DNA of 64,000 nucleotides from an uncultured Clostridia bacterium (GTDB taxonomy: Bacteria > Bacillota > Clostridia > Christensenellales > CAG-917): contig CALVNH010000001.1 in assembly GCA_944349635.1 (NCBI GenBank), positions 435,688 to 499,687 on the forward strand, given 5' to 3'. Made by a program: the position numbers and the translations under genes. Below the pieces are notes generated by a model that saw only the letters and a list, made by a program, of their open reading frames with translations, searched no databases and was not told the origin of the DNA. Below, piece by piece: positions 51,686-61,732 of this stretch (positions are counted from its first letter, which is position 1; each line of letters begins with the position of its first letter).

Positions 51686-53131
51686 ATGGACAAGACGGTC
51701 AGAACCAGATTTGCACCTTCACCCACGGGATTCATGCATATAGGTAATCTCAGGACGGGGCTTTACGCCTACCTTTTCGCGAGAAAAAACGGAGGAAAAT
51801 TCATACTCCGCATCGAGGACACCGACAGAGAAAGAATGGTGGACGGCGCCATAGAAATGGTGTACAGAACGCTTGCGACCGCAGGGATAGACTATGACGA
51901 AGGTCCCGACCGCGACGGTGGAGTAGGTCCTTATATTCAGAGCGACAGAATGAGCCTTTACCGCGAATATGCCGAAAAGCTGGTAGAGCTGGGTGGGGCG
52001 TACTATTGTTTCTGCACGAAGGAGAGGCTGGAAGGACTGCAAGACGAGAACGGCACTCACACCTACGACAAGCATTGCCGCAATCTGTCAAAGGAAGAAG
52101 TGGCGGCGCGCCTTGCCGCAGGGGAGCCTTACGTCATAAGGCAGAAAGTGCCCGAACACGTTGTTTCCTCTTACGAGGATATGGTGTTCGGCGAGATTTC
52201 CGTTTCATCCGACGACATCGAGGACGGCATACTTCTGAAATCCGACGGAATGCCGACGTACAATTTTGCAAACGTTGTGGACGACCACCTTATGGGCATC
52301 ACCCATGTTATACGCGGCACGGAGTATCTGAGTTCCACACCGAAATACAACCTCATTTACGATGCGTTCGGGTGGGAGCGTCCCCGCTATATGCATCTTC
52401 CTCCGATAATGAAGGACGCGACGCGGAAATTGTCCAAACGCTTCGGCGACGCCAACTTCGAGGATTTCGTTGCGAAAGGCTATCTGCCGCAGGCAATCGT
52501 CAACTATATCGCGCTTCTGGGCTGGTGTCCCAAGGACAACCGCGAAAAGATGACGATGGAAGAGATGACGGAAGAGTTCGACGTGTCGGGCATTTCCACC
52601 AGCAGTTCCATTTTCGACGAGGCAAAGATGCGCTGGCTGAACGGCGAGTACCTCAAAGCCATGACGGAAGAGGAGTTTTACAAGGTGAGCGCACCCTATA
52701 TCGCGGCAAGCAAAGTCGGCGGAAAATACGACGAGGCGGAGATTGCAAGACTTATGCAGACCCGTGTCGACATACTGTCCGAAATTCCCGACAAAATCGC
52801 TTTTTTGGACGATTTCGGCGAATACGACCTCGGAATGTATGTGCATCAAAAGATGAAAGTCGACCTTAATGTGGCAAAACAAGCCGTTAAAGTGTCGATT
52901 GATGCGATAAAGGACCTTGACGTGTGGAACGAAGAGAGCATCAAGGACGCAGTGAAAGCGGCGGCGGAAGCCGCGGGAATGAAGAGCGGACAGGTGATGT
53001 TCAGTATGCGCGTCGCGCTTACCGGACAACCGTCCACACCCGGCGGTGCAATCGAAATGGCGGTTGTGCTCGGCAAGGAAGAGAGCCTGCGGCGTCTTGA
53101 GTTCTCGCAGGAAATGCTGGCGCGGGCGTAA
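51686..53131 (+). CDS. gltX: Glutamate--tRNA ligase
   Basis: RTRFAPSPTGFMHIGN, LRIEDTD and KLSKR. Confidence 0.96.
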   Translation: MDKTVRTRFAPSPTGFMHIGNLRTGLYAYLFARKNGGKFILRIEDTDRERMVDGAIEMVYRTLATAGIDYDEGPDRDGGVGPYIQSDRMSLYREYAEKLVELGGAYYCFCTKERLEGLQDENGTHTYDKHCRNLSKEEVAARLAAGEPYVIRQKVPEHVVSSYEDMVFGEISVSSDDIEDGILLKSDGMPTYNFANVVDDHLMGITHVIRGTEYLSSTPKYNLIYDAFGWERPRYMHLPPIMKDATRKLSKRFGDANFEDFVAKGYLPQAIVNYIALLGWCPKDNREKMTMEEMTEEFDVSGISTSSSIFDEAKMRWLNGEYLKAMTEEEFYKVSAPYIAASKVGGKYDEAEIARLMQTRVDILSEIPDKIAFLDDFGEYDLGMYVHQKMKVDLNVAKQAVKVSIDAIKDLDVWNEESIKDAVKAAAEAAGMKSGQVMFSMRVALTGQPSTPGGAIEMAVVLGKEESLRRLEFSQEMLARA

Positions 53132-53195
53132 ACGCGTCGCGACGTTTTCGCCTTGACGGGCGGAATGCGTTACGAATGAGAGTTCACGGAGTGAT

Positions 53196-55274
53196 ATGCA
53201 AACGAAACGGGATTCATCGAAAATAGCGATATTTGTTCTTGCGGCGGTCTTTGTCGCGACGGCATTTTTTGCCGCTTTCGCGGGCGTTCCCGTCACGGGT
53301 ACGGCCTACGCGGAGAATGCCGAGTACGACTGGGGCGGGGTTTCCGCATCGGATTTGTGGTACTTCGGCGCGAACGAACTCAATCTCGCATCATTGAAGA
53401 GCTTTACCGCAAGCTGGTTGCCCACGCTTGCAAGCGCGGGGACGGAACCCGTGATAATCGCCGTCATCGATACGGGGCTCAACGTCAATCACCCGCTGTT
53501 CCAAATTGCGCGCGACGTGCTGGTCACCAACTCCGCGGGCAACCCCGTCGGTTACAATTCGTACATGGCGTCGCAGGGTTCGTCTGACCCCGCCATGCTC
53601 GGCAATTTTTCGGACATCGACGCAAAATATCACGGCACTTCCGTCGCGGGTATAATGGCGATGTTCATAAAAGAACTCGGGTTGGAGAATTACATCAAAA
53701 TCTATCCCATAAACGCATCGTACAACAAGAATAACGAAAACCGTTTCCCCGTCGACGCGGTGACTCGCGGAATCACTTACGCTGCCGACACCGTGAAAGC
53801 CGACGTCATCAATCTTTCACTCGGAATTCTCGAAAGCAAGGATACGGACAGCGAATGGAAGTACGGCACGTTTTTGATAAATGCCATAGACAACGCCACG
53901 CAGAATGCGGTGGTGGTTGCCGCGGCGGGCAACGACAACAAGAACAGTGCTTCCGACGCATATTATCCCGCGGCGCATTCGGGGGTGCTTTCCGTTATGT
54001 CATCTGGCAAAAACGGGGGCAAATACACCAGCAGCAACTACGGCACGGCATACGATTTGTTTGCTCCCGGCGAGAGTATTTACGCACCGACGAGTGCCAC
54101 GGGTTACGGAGAAATCAGCGGGACGAGTATGGCGGCGGCATTCGTTTCCGTGGGCGCGGCTGTCACGCGCCTGCGCGCCGAAGCGGAAAGTGCGCTTGCG
54201 GGGAAAGAAGCTCCCACGGCAAACGCAGTCGCCCGTTATATGAAAACGGCGGGCAACAACGATACTTTCGTGACGGTGGGGGGCACGGATTACAAAAAGC
54301 TGTCGGTATTCAATCTTTTGACTGACGATATGTCGTCAATCAACAAGGAATACTCCGACGTCACGGGCATCAGAATCGTGACGAAAGACGGCACGGGTGC
54401 GCTTGTCGAAACGTCCAAGGAAACGGGTGTCGTCATCAAGAAAAACCTCTCGCTTTATACGTTTACCGCGAACCTGCTTCCTCTCGGCGACACCGACCCC
54501 GCGCTCGACGCCGGCATCGAATGGATTGTCACGGAGTACAAAAAGGTGGGCGAGGACGACGGAACCGTCAGCGACGTCGCCATATCCACGTCCGTCGCGG
54601 GACACGGCAAGACGTTGGAATACAGGTTTTCCAAAGCGGGATTCTTCGGCATCAAGGCAAAAGTCACGCTGAGCGGCGACACTCCCGCGGTGTTCGAGAC
54701 TGAAATAAGGTTTTCCGCCGCATATTCGCCTTACATTCCCTCGGAGGCATTCATTGTGCCCGAATGGTATCTGCAGTCCGAAAATTATCTCAGCGGAAAG
54801 GGCGGAGACATTCCCTTCTCCGCAACCGTCTACGGCAAGGAGAGCATAAAACTCGGAATCACGACCATTTCGGACGTCGAGCCAAAGACGATTACCTGGT
54901 ATGTCAACGGATTGAGTGCGCAAATCTGTACGGTGGGTGAAAACGGGCTTTACAACGCCGAACCCGTGTTCGTGTTCGACCCGTCGAAGTTCGGCGGTTT
55001 CGGAAGATACGAAATCACCGCATATTACGGCACAAGCAAAATCGGGACTTTCGTCGTGGAATACAAGTCCTTGGCGCAACACCCCGATTTCGTGCCCGTG
55101 TGGTGCGCATTGGCAATCTGGATTGTTCAGTTCGCGGTGATAGGCGGGTGTCTGATTGCAAAGAAGAAAGAGGCCAGAAGACGTAAAGACAAAGAGCGCG
55201 GAAACGGCGCGGACGCGGACGGCACCGGTGCTGAAGAAGCAGTTGAAAAGAAATCTCCCATCAGAAAATACTGA
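53196..55274 (+). CDS. Membrane-anchored S8 (subtilisin-like) serine peptidase
   Basis: Signal peptide; triad AVIDTG / HGTSVAG / GTSMAA; AAAGN; C-terminal TM followed by a basic stretch. Confidence 0.88.
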   Translation: MQTKRDSSKIAIFVLAAVFVATAFFAAFAGVPVTGTAYAENAEYDWGGVSASDLWYFGANELNLASLKSFTASWLPTLASAGTEPVIIAVIDTGLNVNHPLFQIARDVLVTNSAGNPVGYNSYMASQGSSDPAMLGNFSDIDAKYHGTSVAGIMAMFIKELGLENYIKIYPINASYNKNNENRFPVDAVTRGITYAADTVKADVINLSLGILESKDTDSEWKYGTFLINAIDNATQNAVVVAAAGNDNKNSASDAYYPAAHSGVLSVMSSGKNGGKYTSSNYGTAYDLFAPGESIYAPTSATGYGEISGTSMAAAFVSVGAAVTRLRAEAESALAGKEAPTANAVARYMKTAGNNDTFVTVGGTDYKKLSVFNLLTDDMSSINKEYSDVTGIRIVTKDGTGALVETSKETGVVIKKNLSLYTFTANLLPLGDTDPALDAGIEWIVTEYKKVGEDDGTVSDVAISTSVAGHGKTLEYRFSKAGFFGIKAKVTLSGDTPAVFETEIRFSAAYSPYIPSEAFIVPEWYLQSENYLSGKGGDIPFSATVYGKESIKLGITTISDVEPKTITWYVNGLSAQICTVGENGLYNAEPVFVFDPSKFGGFGRYEITAYYGTSKIGTFVVEYKSLAQHPDFVPVWCALAIWIVQFAVIGGCLIAKKKEARRRKDKERGNGADADGTGAEEAVEKKSPIRKY

Positions 55275-55528
55275 TTGAGCAACGAGGCAACCGCTTTTGC
55301 GGCAACGAATTAAGCAAATGCAAAACGCCGCCGGATTACGACGGCGTTTTTTTTGCGCATTTGTCGCGAGAGGAGACCGAAAACGAAATCCGTACGGAAT
55401 TTGTTCCGTGCAAAGGGGGTACGGACGCCGCAAACAAACGGACGGAGAAGAATCCCGCCGTCAATCAAGCCGGGGCGCCGTTGCCCGACGGCGGGCGTCG
55501 GAAAAGTCCGCAGAACGGCAACAGGCCG

Positions 55529-55762
55529 TCAGTCCTCTTTCAGAAACATTATTCCGCGGGTGTGAACGTCGGCATAGGAGAACGTCTTCAACTCGCCGCT
55601 TTCCAACCGTACGCTGAAAACGGCGGGGAACACCGCCACGATTCTTCCGCGGTATATGAAGGTTTTCCCCCTGCCTTCGTTTACTTTGAGGAGCAGCGGG
55701 GTATCCACCAGTTCTTCCACGCGTCGTTTTGTTTCGCCGATGTCTTTTCCTATTTCTCTCAT
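55529..55762 (-). CDS. veg: Veg family protein
   Basis: LKVNEGRGK...GRIVAVFPAVFSV...TFSYADV. Start uncertain (alternative 55837). Confidence 0.8.
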   Translation of the reverse strand: MREIGKDIGETKRRVEELVDTPLLLKVNEGRGKTFIYRGRIVAVFPAVFSVRLESGELKTFSYADVHTRGIMFLKED

Positions 55763-55896
55763 AGAATGAGTTTTGCCGTCCGCGGCAGAAGTTAAACCTC
55801 TTCGCAAAAGCTTCAAAGCATATTTCGTCTCCGTCATACATAGTTTAGTGTGGCAGTCCCACAGGAGTACGCTGTCGTATTCCGTCGCGGCGAATC

Positions 55897-55926
55897 GTCA
55901 TATTGCGTAAAATCGCGGCATAAGAT
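55897..55926 (+). promoter_or_regulatory. sigE-like sporulation promoter of the SPOCS gene
   Basis: GTCATATT-14-CATAAGAT, close to the sigma-E consensus. Confidence 0.6.
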
Positions 55927-55947
55927 TTGGGTGTATTGGAGGCGAAT

Positions 55948-57423
55948 ATGTTCAGTTACGAAAAATTCAACGCAAGCAACATTATCGACGCTCCCGCAGT
56001 CGAGCGCGTGGTGGAGTTCTCTCCCTCGGGAGTGGACGCGGCAAACATAGCGAGAGTGCTGTCCCTTGCCGTGGACGGCAAGGTTATTTCCGCCGACGCC
56101 GCGGACGGTTATGCCGACGTGGCGGGCAGAGTCAATTTCCGTCTCGTATACGCGGACCGCGACGGGGTAGTGCGAGGCGTGGACTACAATGCGGATTTCA
56201 CGATAAAAGTGGACGGCGATTTCGTCGCGGAAGACGCCGTTTCGGCGGCGGTGTACGTCGTGGAAACGGACGTTACGGCAGGCGATTCCATCAAGCTCTC
56301 CGCAGTGGTTTCCGTGAGCGCGTCGGCGCTCAGAAGAACGGAAATAGAAGCCCTCACCGACGCGGAGCGTTGTTATAAGACGGTGGAAACCGTTTCCGTT
56401 CCGTCCGCCGTTGCCGTCAAAAGTGTTTCCGTGCCCGTGAGTGACGAGTGCGAGGCAGGGGAAGTGGAGAGCGTATTGCTGGTGGACGCGCAAGCCATTG
56501 TTCTGGGTGCCGTTGCCGAAGAAGGAAAAATCGACGTCAACGCTTCCGTGTTTGCAAAAGTCACCTATGTCGAGGGCGGCGAAATCAAGACGGCGGAGTT
56601 TGAAATTCCTTTTGCGGAAGAGGTGCAGGCCGAGGACGTGGCGGAAGGCGACGCCGTCTTTGCGACTGTTGCCGTCAGGTCCTCGAAAATCGTTCTGTCG
56701 GGAGTGACCGGTGCAAACATAATCCGTTTCGACGGCGACGTCGCGCTGAAAGTTTACGTTCTGCGCGACAAAGAGGCGGAAGTGGTTGCGGATATGTTTA
56801 TGCTCGCCAACGAAGTGGAGATGGAGCGTACGCAGGCGCAGTTCAGATGTTTCGGCAAAACAGCGTACACTTCCGAGAAAATTCACGGAACGGCGTCCTT
56901 GGGGGACCGTCCCGAAGCCGACGCCGTGGTTGCCGTGCCGTACGCCAGATGCTTCGTCGCAAAAGCGGAGACGGCGGAGAGCGGAGCCACGGTGGAAGGA
57001 GTGCTCAACGCCGACGTGGTTTACACGGACGAGAGCGGACTCAATTCCGTGAGAGCGGAAGTGCCGTTCTCTTTGGACATCGACGGTGAGTTCGGAGACG
57101 GAGTCAAGGCTTTCTGCGTGGTGGAAAAGGTTGCGGCAAAGGTGCGTCGCGGCGGTGAAATAGAAATCGACGCCACGGTGGGAATACTTCTCACAAGCTA
57201 CCGCACGGCGACGGTCGAATACATTTCCTCCGTCACTCTCGGGGAAGAGAAAGAGCAGAACACGTCCGCTTTATCGCTGTATATTGCCTCCGACGGCGAC
57301 GAGATGTGGGACGTTTGCAAAGCGCTTACGGCAACGCCCGAGGAGATAATGCAGCAGAATCCCTCTCTGTCGACTCCTCTTGCGGAAGGTGAAAGAGTAA
57401 TCTTTTTCAGAAGTCTGAGCTGA
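55948..57423 (+). CDS. SPOCS (DUF3794) + LysM spore-coat morphogenetic protein, SipL-like
   Basis: Three repeated V/E-rich SPOCS-like units; C-terminal LysM-like YIASDGDEMWDVCK...EEIMQQNP. Confidence 0.85.
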   Translation: MFSYEKFNASNIIDAPAVERVVEFSPSGVDAANIARVLSLAVDGKVISADAADGYADVAGRVNFRLVYADRDGVVRGVDYNADFTIKVDGDFVAEDAVSAAVYVVETDVTAGDSIKLSAVVSVSASALRRTEIEALTDAERCYKTVETVSVPSAVAVKSVSVPVSDECEAGEVESVLLVDAQAIVLGAVAEEGKIDVNASVFAKVTYVEGGEIKTAEFEIPFAEEVQAEDVAEGDAVFATVAVRSSKIVLSGVTGANIIRFDGDVALKVYVLRDKEAEVVADMFMLANEVEMERTQAQFRCFGKTAYTSEKIHGTASLGDRPEADAVVAVPYARCFVAKAETAESGATVEGVLNADVVYTDESGLNSVRAEVPFSLDIDGEFGDGVKAFCVVEKVAAKVRRGGEIEIDATVGILLTSYRTATVEYISSVTLGEEKEQNTSALSLYIASDGDEMWDVCKALTATPEEIMQQNPSLSTPLAEGERVIFFRSLS

Positions 57424-57455
57424 CGTCGTCGAGCAGGCATTACCGTTTGCAGAAA

Positions 57456-57485
57456 GAAAGGACGCCCCATAACGGGCGTCCTTTC
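57456..57485. terminator. Bidirectional terminator
   Basis: GAAAGGACGCCC-loop-GGGCGTCCTTTC between convergent genes. Confidence 0.72.
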
Positions 57486-57549
57486 GGTTTCATTTTCAAT
57501 CTGCGTTCGGCGCAGAGGGCGGATTGCGGAATCCGTCCGCGCGTCTGCG

Positions 57550-58212
57550 TCACTTCACCAGTGCGATGAGAGTGAGCGCGCGTTTGAGCGCGAGTTTGCT
57601 GTTGACCTTGAACTGGAAGGGAACTTCGGCATACACCTTTTTGTGTCCGGTATCCGTGTGAGGCATTTTGCCGGTGTTGAATTCGGGAGCGTCGCAGTCA
57701 AGCGGCAGATTTATGCGCAGCGAAGTGCCGATAATCGTGATTTTGGCAACGATGTCGCCGTTTCTGCGGTAGGTGTCGCACTGCTTGCTGATTCTGCTTT
57801 TGATTTTGGGCGTTCCCTTGGGGGTATCCGTGAGCGCGGCTTTCAGAACGGCGTATCTCTCCTTTACGATTTCGTCGGAGAGAGCGTACTTTTCGGCAAA
57901 GCTCAGGCTCTTACGGGCGGCCTTTTTTTTCATTACGGTTTCAATGTCCACCACCTTGCCGAGAGAAATGATTTCATCCGCCTCATCGTCGTCGTTTGCG
58001 GCGGCGTCCGCGGCCGCTTCGGCTTCGAGAGCTGCAAGCCTCTCGGCTTCGCGCTGTGCCGTCATACGCTCAAACGCGTTTGCACAGGGGGTATATTCTT
58101 CCTTGTTGCAGAAAGCGCAGTAGTCGTAACTGCCGCACATGTCGAAATGTTTGGTTTCGGATTCCAGCCATTTTTCGACGTCGATTTTGTTTTGAAGTTC
58201 GATGTTTGACAT
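57550..58212 (-). CDS. Hypothetical protein: N-terminal Cys4 module plus uncharacterised basic domain
   Basis: C-x5-C-x2-C-x7-C motif; C-terminal domain homologous to that of 61733..62749; upstream TTGACT-17-TATTAT. Confidence 0.78.
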   Translation of the reverse strand: MSNIELQNKIDVEKWLESETKHFDMCGSYDYCAFCNKEEYTPCANAFERMTAQREAERLAALEAEAAADAAANDDDEADEIISLGKVVDIETVMKKKAARKSLSFAEKYALSDEIVKERYAVLKAALTDTPKGTPKIKSRISKQCDTYRRNGDIVAKITIIGTSLRINLPLDCDAPEFNTGKMPHTDTGHKKVYAEVPFQFKVNSKLALKRALTLIALVK

Positions 58213-58476
58213 AATATATTTACCCACAATTTTATGATTTCGATATTCTATCCTATCGGATTTCACACATAATATATCAAACGGAAACGGAAGTCAATCA
58301 AAAAACGGGCAAAAAACATTTTAATTTATAAAACTTTTGCCGCCGTAGCGCAAGCGAAACGCCCTTGTCGTGCTGCAAAAAGACGGGTTGCAATGCGGTT
58401 TCCGGCAAAGAGCACGAAAAAACCGCGTCGGTTTTGTGGCGCGGCATTCGTAAACGGTAGGATTCGGTGGTGGGTG

Positions 58477-59847
58477 TCAATCCTTTTCACTATCGGTGTT
58501 ATCGACGTTTTCGGCGGCGGAAGGCAGCGAAGGCAGGGAGGTTGCGGAATCCGTCGCGTCCGTCGAGGCTCCGACCGTCGGTGCCGGTTTGACGGCAGAC
58601 GGTGCGGTGCGGAGTTTTTTGGCAGTTCCGCGTGCCAGAGGCAGCGTGACGACGAACACCGTGCCTTTGTCCTTTATACCGTGGCATCTGATGGTGCCGC
58701 CGTGTGCGAACACGGTGGCCTGCGCGATGGCAAGTCCCAGTCCGAAACTGTTGTTGTCGGGATTTTGTCTCGCACCGTCCGAACGGTAGAAGCGGTCGAA
58801 AACGTGTTTGGCGTCTTCGGGGGAGAGTGCTTCGCCGGAATTCATGACCACGAGTTTCGCCTTCTTGCCGTCGGCGGAGAGACGCAGACCCACTTTGCCG
58901 TTTGTGCCGGCATACTTCGTGGCGTTGTCCAACAGACACGTCACCAGTCTTTCAAGCGAGTCTCTTTCGCCCGTCACCGTGATGCCCGGGTCGATTTGAG
59001 TGTGGAGTTCAAGATTTTTCTCGAAGCAGACCACATCGAAGCAAAGACATGCGCCTTCGGTAATTTCGCTGAAATTCAGTTCCGACATTTTCGGGGGCGA
59101 GTTTTCCATTTTGGAAAGCCTAAGCATATTGACGATGAGACCGTTCATTCTGGTGACCTGGTCGTCGATTGCCGCAATCCATTTTTCGTTGTCGGCGATG
59201 GTGGACGCAGGCTCCGATTTCATGACGGACAGGTTGGTGGAGATGACGGTGAGAGGAGTTTTCAGTTCGTGGGAGGCGTTTGCAATCAAATCGCGTTGTT
59301 TCTTGAATGATTCCTCGACGGGCGCGAGCGTGCGGGCGGACAACAGATATGCCATCAAGGCGACAATCACCAGCGCGACGACGTAAACCATCAGCACCAG
59401 CATTGCCGTAGTTGCGAAATTTTGTCTGTCCGAAGTTCTGTCCAGAACGGCGTAGAGGGAGAATCCGTTGTCGAGAGTGCGCGAAAACACGGTGAAATAA
59501 AGTCCGTCAACGGAAAAATTGCCTTCACCCGTCTGTACCGCTTTGGTGACAATGACGTTGATGTTGGAGCGGTAAGCGTCCATTTCGTCGCCGTAGGACG
59601 CTGCGGGCATGTAGACGAAATCGCCTTGCTGATAATAAAAAGCGAAGCATCTTCTGCCCATTACGTCGTCCTCTTGCGGCGCTTCCGGGGAGAGCAGAAT
59701 CCGTTCCAGCGTACGTGACCCCGTCATTTCGGCCGCGCCGTAGAGCAGAGCGCAGAAACTGCCGAAAAGCAAAAGCAGAATCGCGCCCGCTACCAGAGTG
59801 GACGTTATGGTGTATTTGATTCGCAGTTTCTTTATTATAGCTTTCAT
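58477..59847 (-). CDS. Sensor histidine kinase
   Basis: Two TMs; H-box ASHELKTPL, LLDNATKY, FDRFYR and GLGLAIA. Confidence 0.94.
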   Translation of the reverse strand: MKAIIKKLRIKYTITSTLVAGAILLLLFGSFCALLYGAAEMTGSRTLERILLSPEAPQEDDVMGRRCFAFYYQQGDFVYMPAASYGDEMDAYRSNINVIVTKAVQTGEGNFSVDGLYFTVFSRTLDNGFSLYAVLDRTSDRQNFATTAMLVLMVYVVALVIVALMAYLLSARTLAPVEESFKKQRDLIANASHELKTPLTVISTNLSVMKSEPASTIADNEKWIAAIDDQVTRMNGLIVNMLRLSKMENSPPKMSELNFSEITEGACLCFDVVCFEKNLELHTQIDPGITVTGERDSLERLVTCLLDNATKYAGTNGKVGLRLSADGKKAKLVVMNSGEALSPEDAKHVFDRFYRSDGARQNPDNNSFGLGLAIAQATVFAHGGTIRCHGIKDKGTVFVVTLPLARGTAKKLRTAPSAVKPAPTVGASTDATDSATSLPSLPSAAENVDNTDSEKD

Positions 59848-59908
59848 ACAACGCTATCCGATGTTAATCTGTCTTATGCGACGCGTAAACGTCGGATTCC
59901 GTCACAAA

Positions 59909-60592
59909 TCATACCTTGTTGCGTGCGGCGAGTTTGTAGCCGACTCCGCGTACCGCTTCGATGGTAAACGAGGCGTCGAGATGATTTAGCTTTCTGCGGA
60001 TAAACGACATATACACTTCGAGGTTGTTGGACTCGAAGTCGCTGTCCAGACCCCAGGCTTTCAGAATCAAATCTTCTTTCGCCGCCACGAAATTGGGGTA
60101 TTCGAACAGATAACGCAACAGTTCGAATTCCTTTGCGGTAAGTCCGATTTCGCCTTTCGGCGTGGCGAGGGTGAAAGTGGTGAGGTCCAGAGTGGCTTCC
60201 GCATACTCCAGTTTGTTGTCCGTGACCAGCTTGCCGCGTCTGCGGAGCAGAGCACGGATTCGCGCCGACAGTTCGTCGACGGAAAAAGGCTTCGAAACGT
60301 AATCGTCGGCACCGCGGTCAAGCCCTGCTATTTTGTCGTGCTCGTCACTCAGCGCCGTCAGCATCAGAATGGGAGTTTCCACCTTTTTGCGACGGAGTTC
60401 CGCCAGCACTTCGAAGCCGTTCATCTTCGGCATGATTACGTCCAGAATGATAAGGTCGTACAATCCGGACAGCGAAAAACTGAGTCCGTCCACGCCGTCG
60501 TATACGCAATCGACGTCGTAACCGTCCTTCATCAGAATTTTCGCAAGTGCTCGGGACAGCTCTTTTTCGTCTTCTACGAGAAGTATTCTCAT
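59909..60592 (-). CDS. OmpR-family response regulator
   Basis: ILLVEDE, ILDVIMP, KPF and VRGVGY. Confidence 0.95.
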   Translation of the reverse strand: MRILLVEDEKELSRALAKILMKDGYDVDCVYDGVDGLSFSLSGLYDLIILDVIMPKMNGFEVLAELRRKKVETPILMLTALSDEHDKIAGLDRGADDYVSKPFSVDELSARIRALLRRRGKLVTDNKLEYAEATLDLTTFTLATPKGEIGLTAKEFELLRYLFEYPNFVAAKEDLILKAWGLDSDFESNNLEVYMSFIRRKLNHLDASFTIEAVRGVGYKLAARNKV

Positions 60593-60692
60593 AACCGTTC
60601 TCCTCATTCAGTGTGTGTAATAACGGTAAAACAATTTGCTTAAAAGAGCATTAAACGTCCGCCGTTCGACGGCGACACGCTCCGAACGCGCT

Positions 60693-61490
60693 TCAGCCGT
60701 AAATTGCCCCCAGCAACGCCGAAACGGCGCGCGCCGGCAGAAACTTCGCAATGGCGACCAACACCGCATATTTTTTGCCGCCTATTACCGACACGGGAGG
60801 ATTCTTGCGCGAGGCAAGACGCACGATGCATTTAGCGATGACGGAGGGCGGCATTCCGTTTTTCTCGTCTTTTTCCATCGTTGCGACGGAGCGGCGGATT
60901 CTGTCGCCGTATGCGGGATTGTCGGTTGCGTTCTTTTCTCTTGCTGAGGTGAAGTCCGTCTTTACGTCGCCGGGCAGAACCGACGTCACTTTGACGTTGA
61001 ACGGTGCCGCCTCAATGCGCATCGCCGCGGACAGAGACGACACGGCTGCTTTTGTCGCGGAGTAGAAAGCCTGGAACGGTATGGAGAGTACGGCGGCAAC
61101 GGAACTGACGTTTACGATTGTGCCGCCGCCCTGTTCTCTCATGACGGGCAGGACTGCTTGCGCGACGTTGAGCACGCCGAAAAAGTTCAGCTCGAAAATC
61201 TTGTGTGCGGCAACGGGGTCGGTGTCCTCAATTGAGCCGGAAATCCCCATTCCCGCGTTGTTGACCAGAACGTCGATTCTGCCGTATTTTTCGCGTATGG
61301 CGCAAACGGCGGCGAACACGGATTCCCTGTCCGTCACGTCGGTGGGAATGCAGTCGAATTCCTCGGTGGTGCGCCGCGCAAGGCACACGACCTTCGCGCC
61401 CTTTTCCTTGAAGAGCAGTCCCGTGGCTTTGCCGATACCGGCGGTGGCTCCCGTGATGACAACTATTTTATCTTTAAGTTTGCCGGTCAT
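60693..61490 (-). CDS. SDR family oxidoreductase
   Basis: TGATAGIG, NNAG and YSATK; GGAGG RBS. Confidence 0.9.
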   Translation of the reverse strand: MTGKLKDKIVVITGATAGIGKATGLLFKEKGAKVVCLARRTTEEFDCIPTDVTDRESVFAAVCAIREKYGRIDVLVNNAGMGISGSIEDTDPVAAHKIFELNFFGVLNVAQAVLPVMREQGGGTIVNVSSVAAVLSIPFQAFYSATKAAVSSLSAAMRIEAAPFNVKVTSVLPGDVKTDFTSAREKNATDNPAYGDRIRRSVATMEKDEKNGMPPSVIAKCIVRLASRKNPPVSVIGGKKYAVLVAIAKFLPARAVSALLGAIYG

Positions 61491-61732
61491 ACGCACCTCC
61501 GTTACGCTTAAAATTATACATCGTCCGCGCGACGATTGCAACCGAGAGCGTCGCCGTTCGCAGTTGGCAAATTCGCGGAAAAAACAAAGCTGAAAAGAAG
61601 GGTGTTTTTATAAAATGTGAGCAATACGGATTGACGCACACGGAGAATTATTATATTATTATAAACAGACAAATGTACGATTTTGTCGACAGGCATTCGT
61701 GCCTGTGAATTACCGAACGGGCGAGAGGAAAC

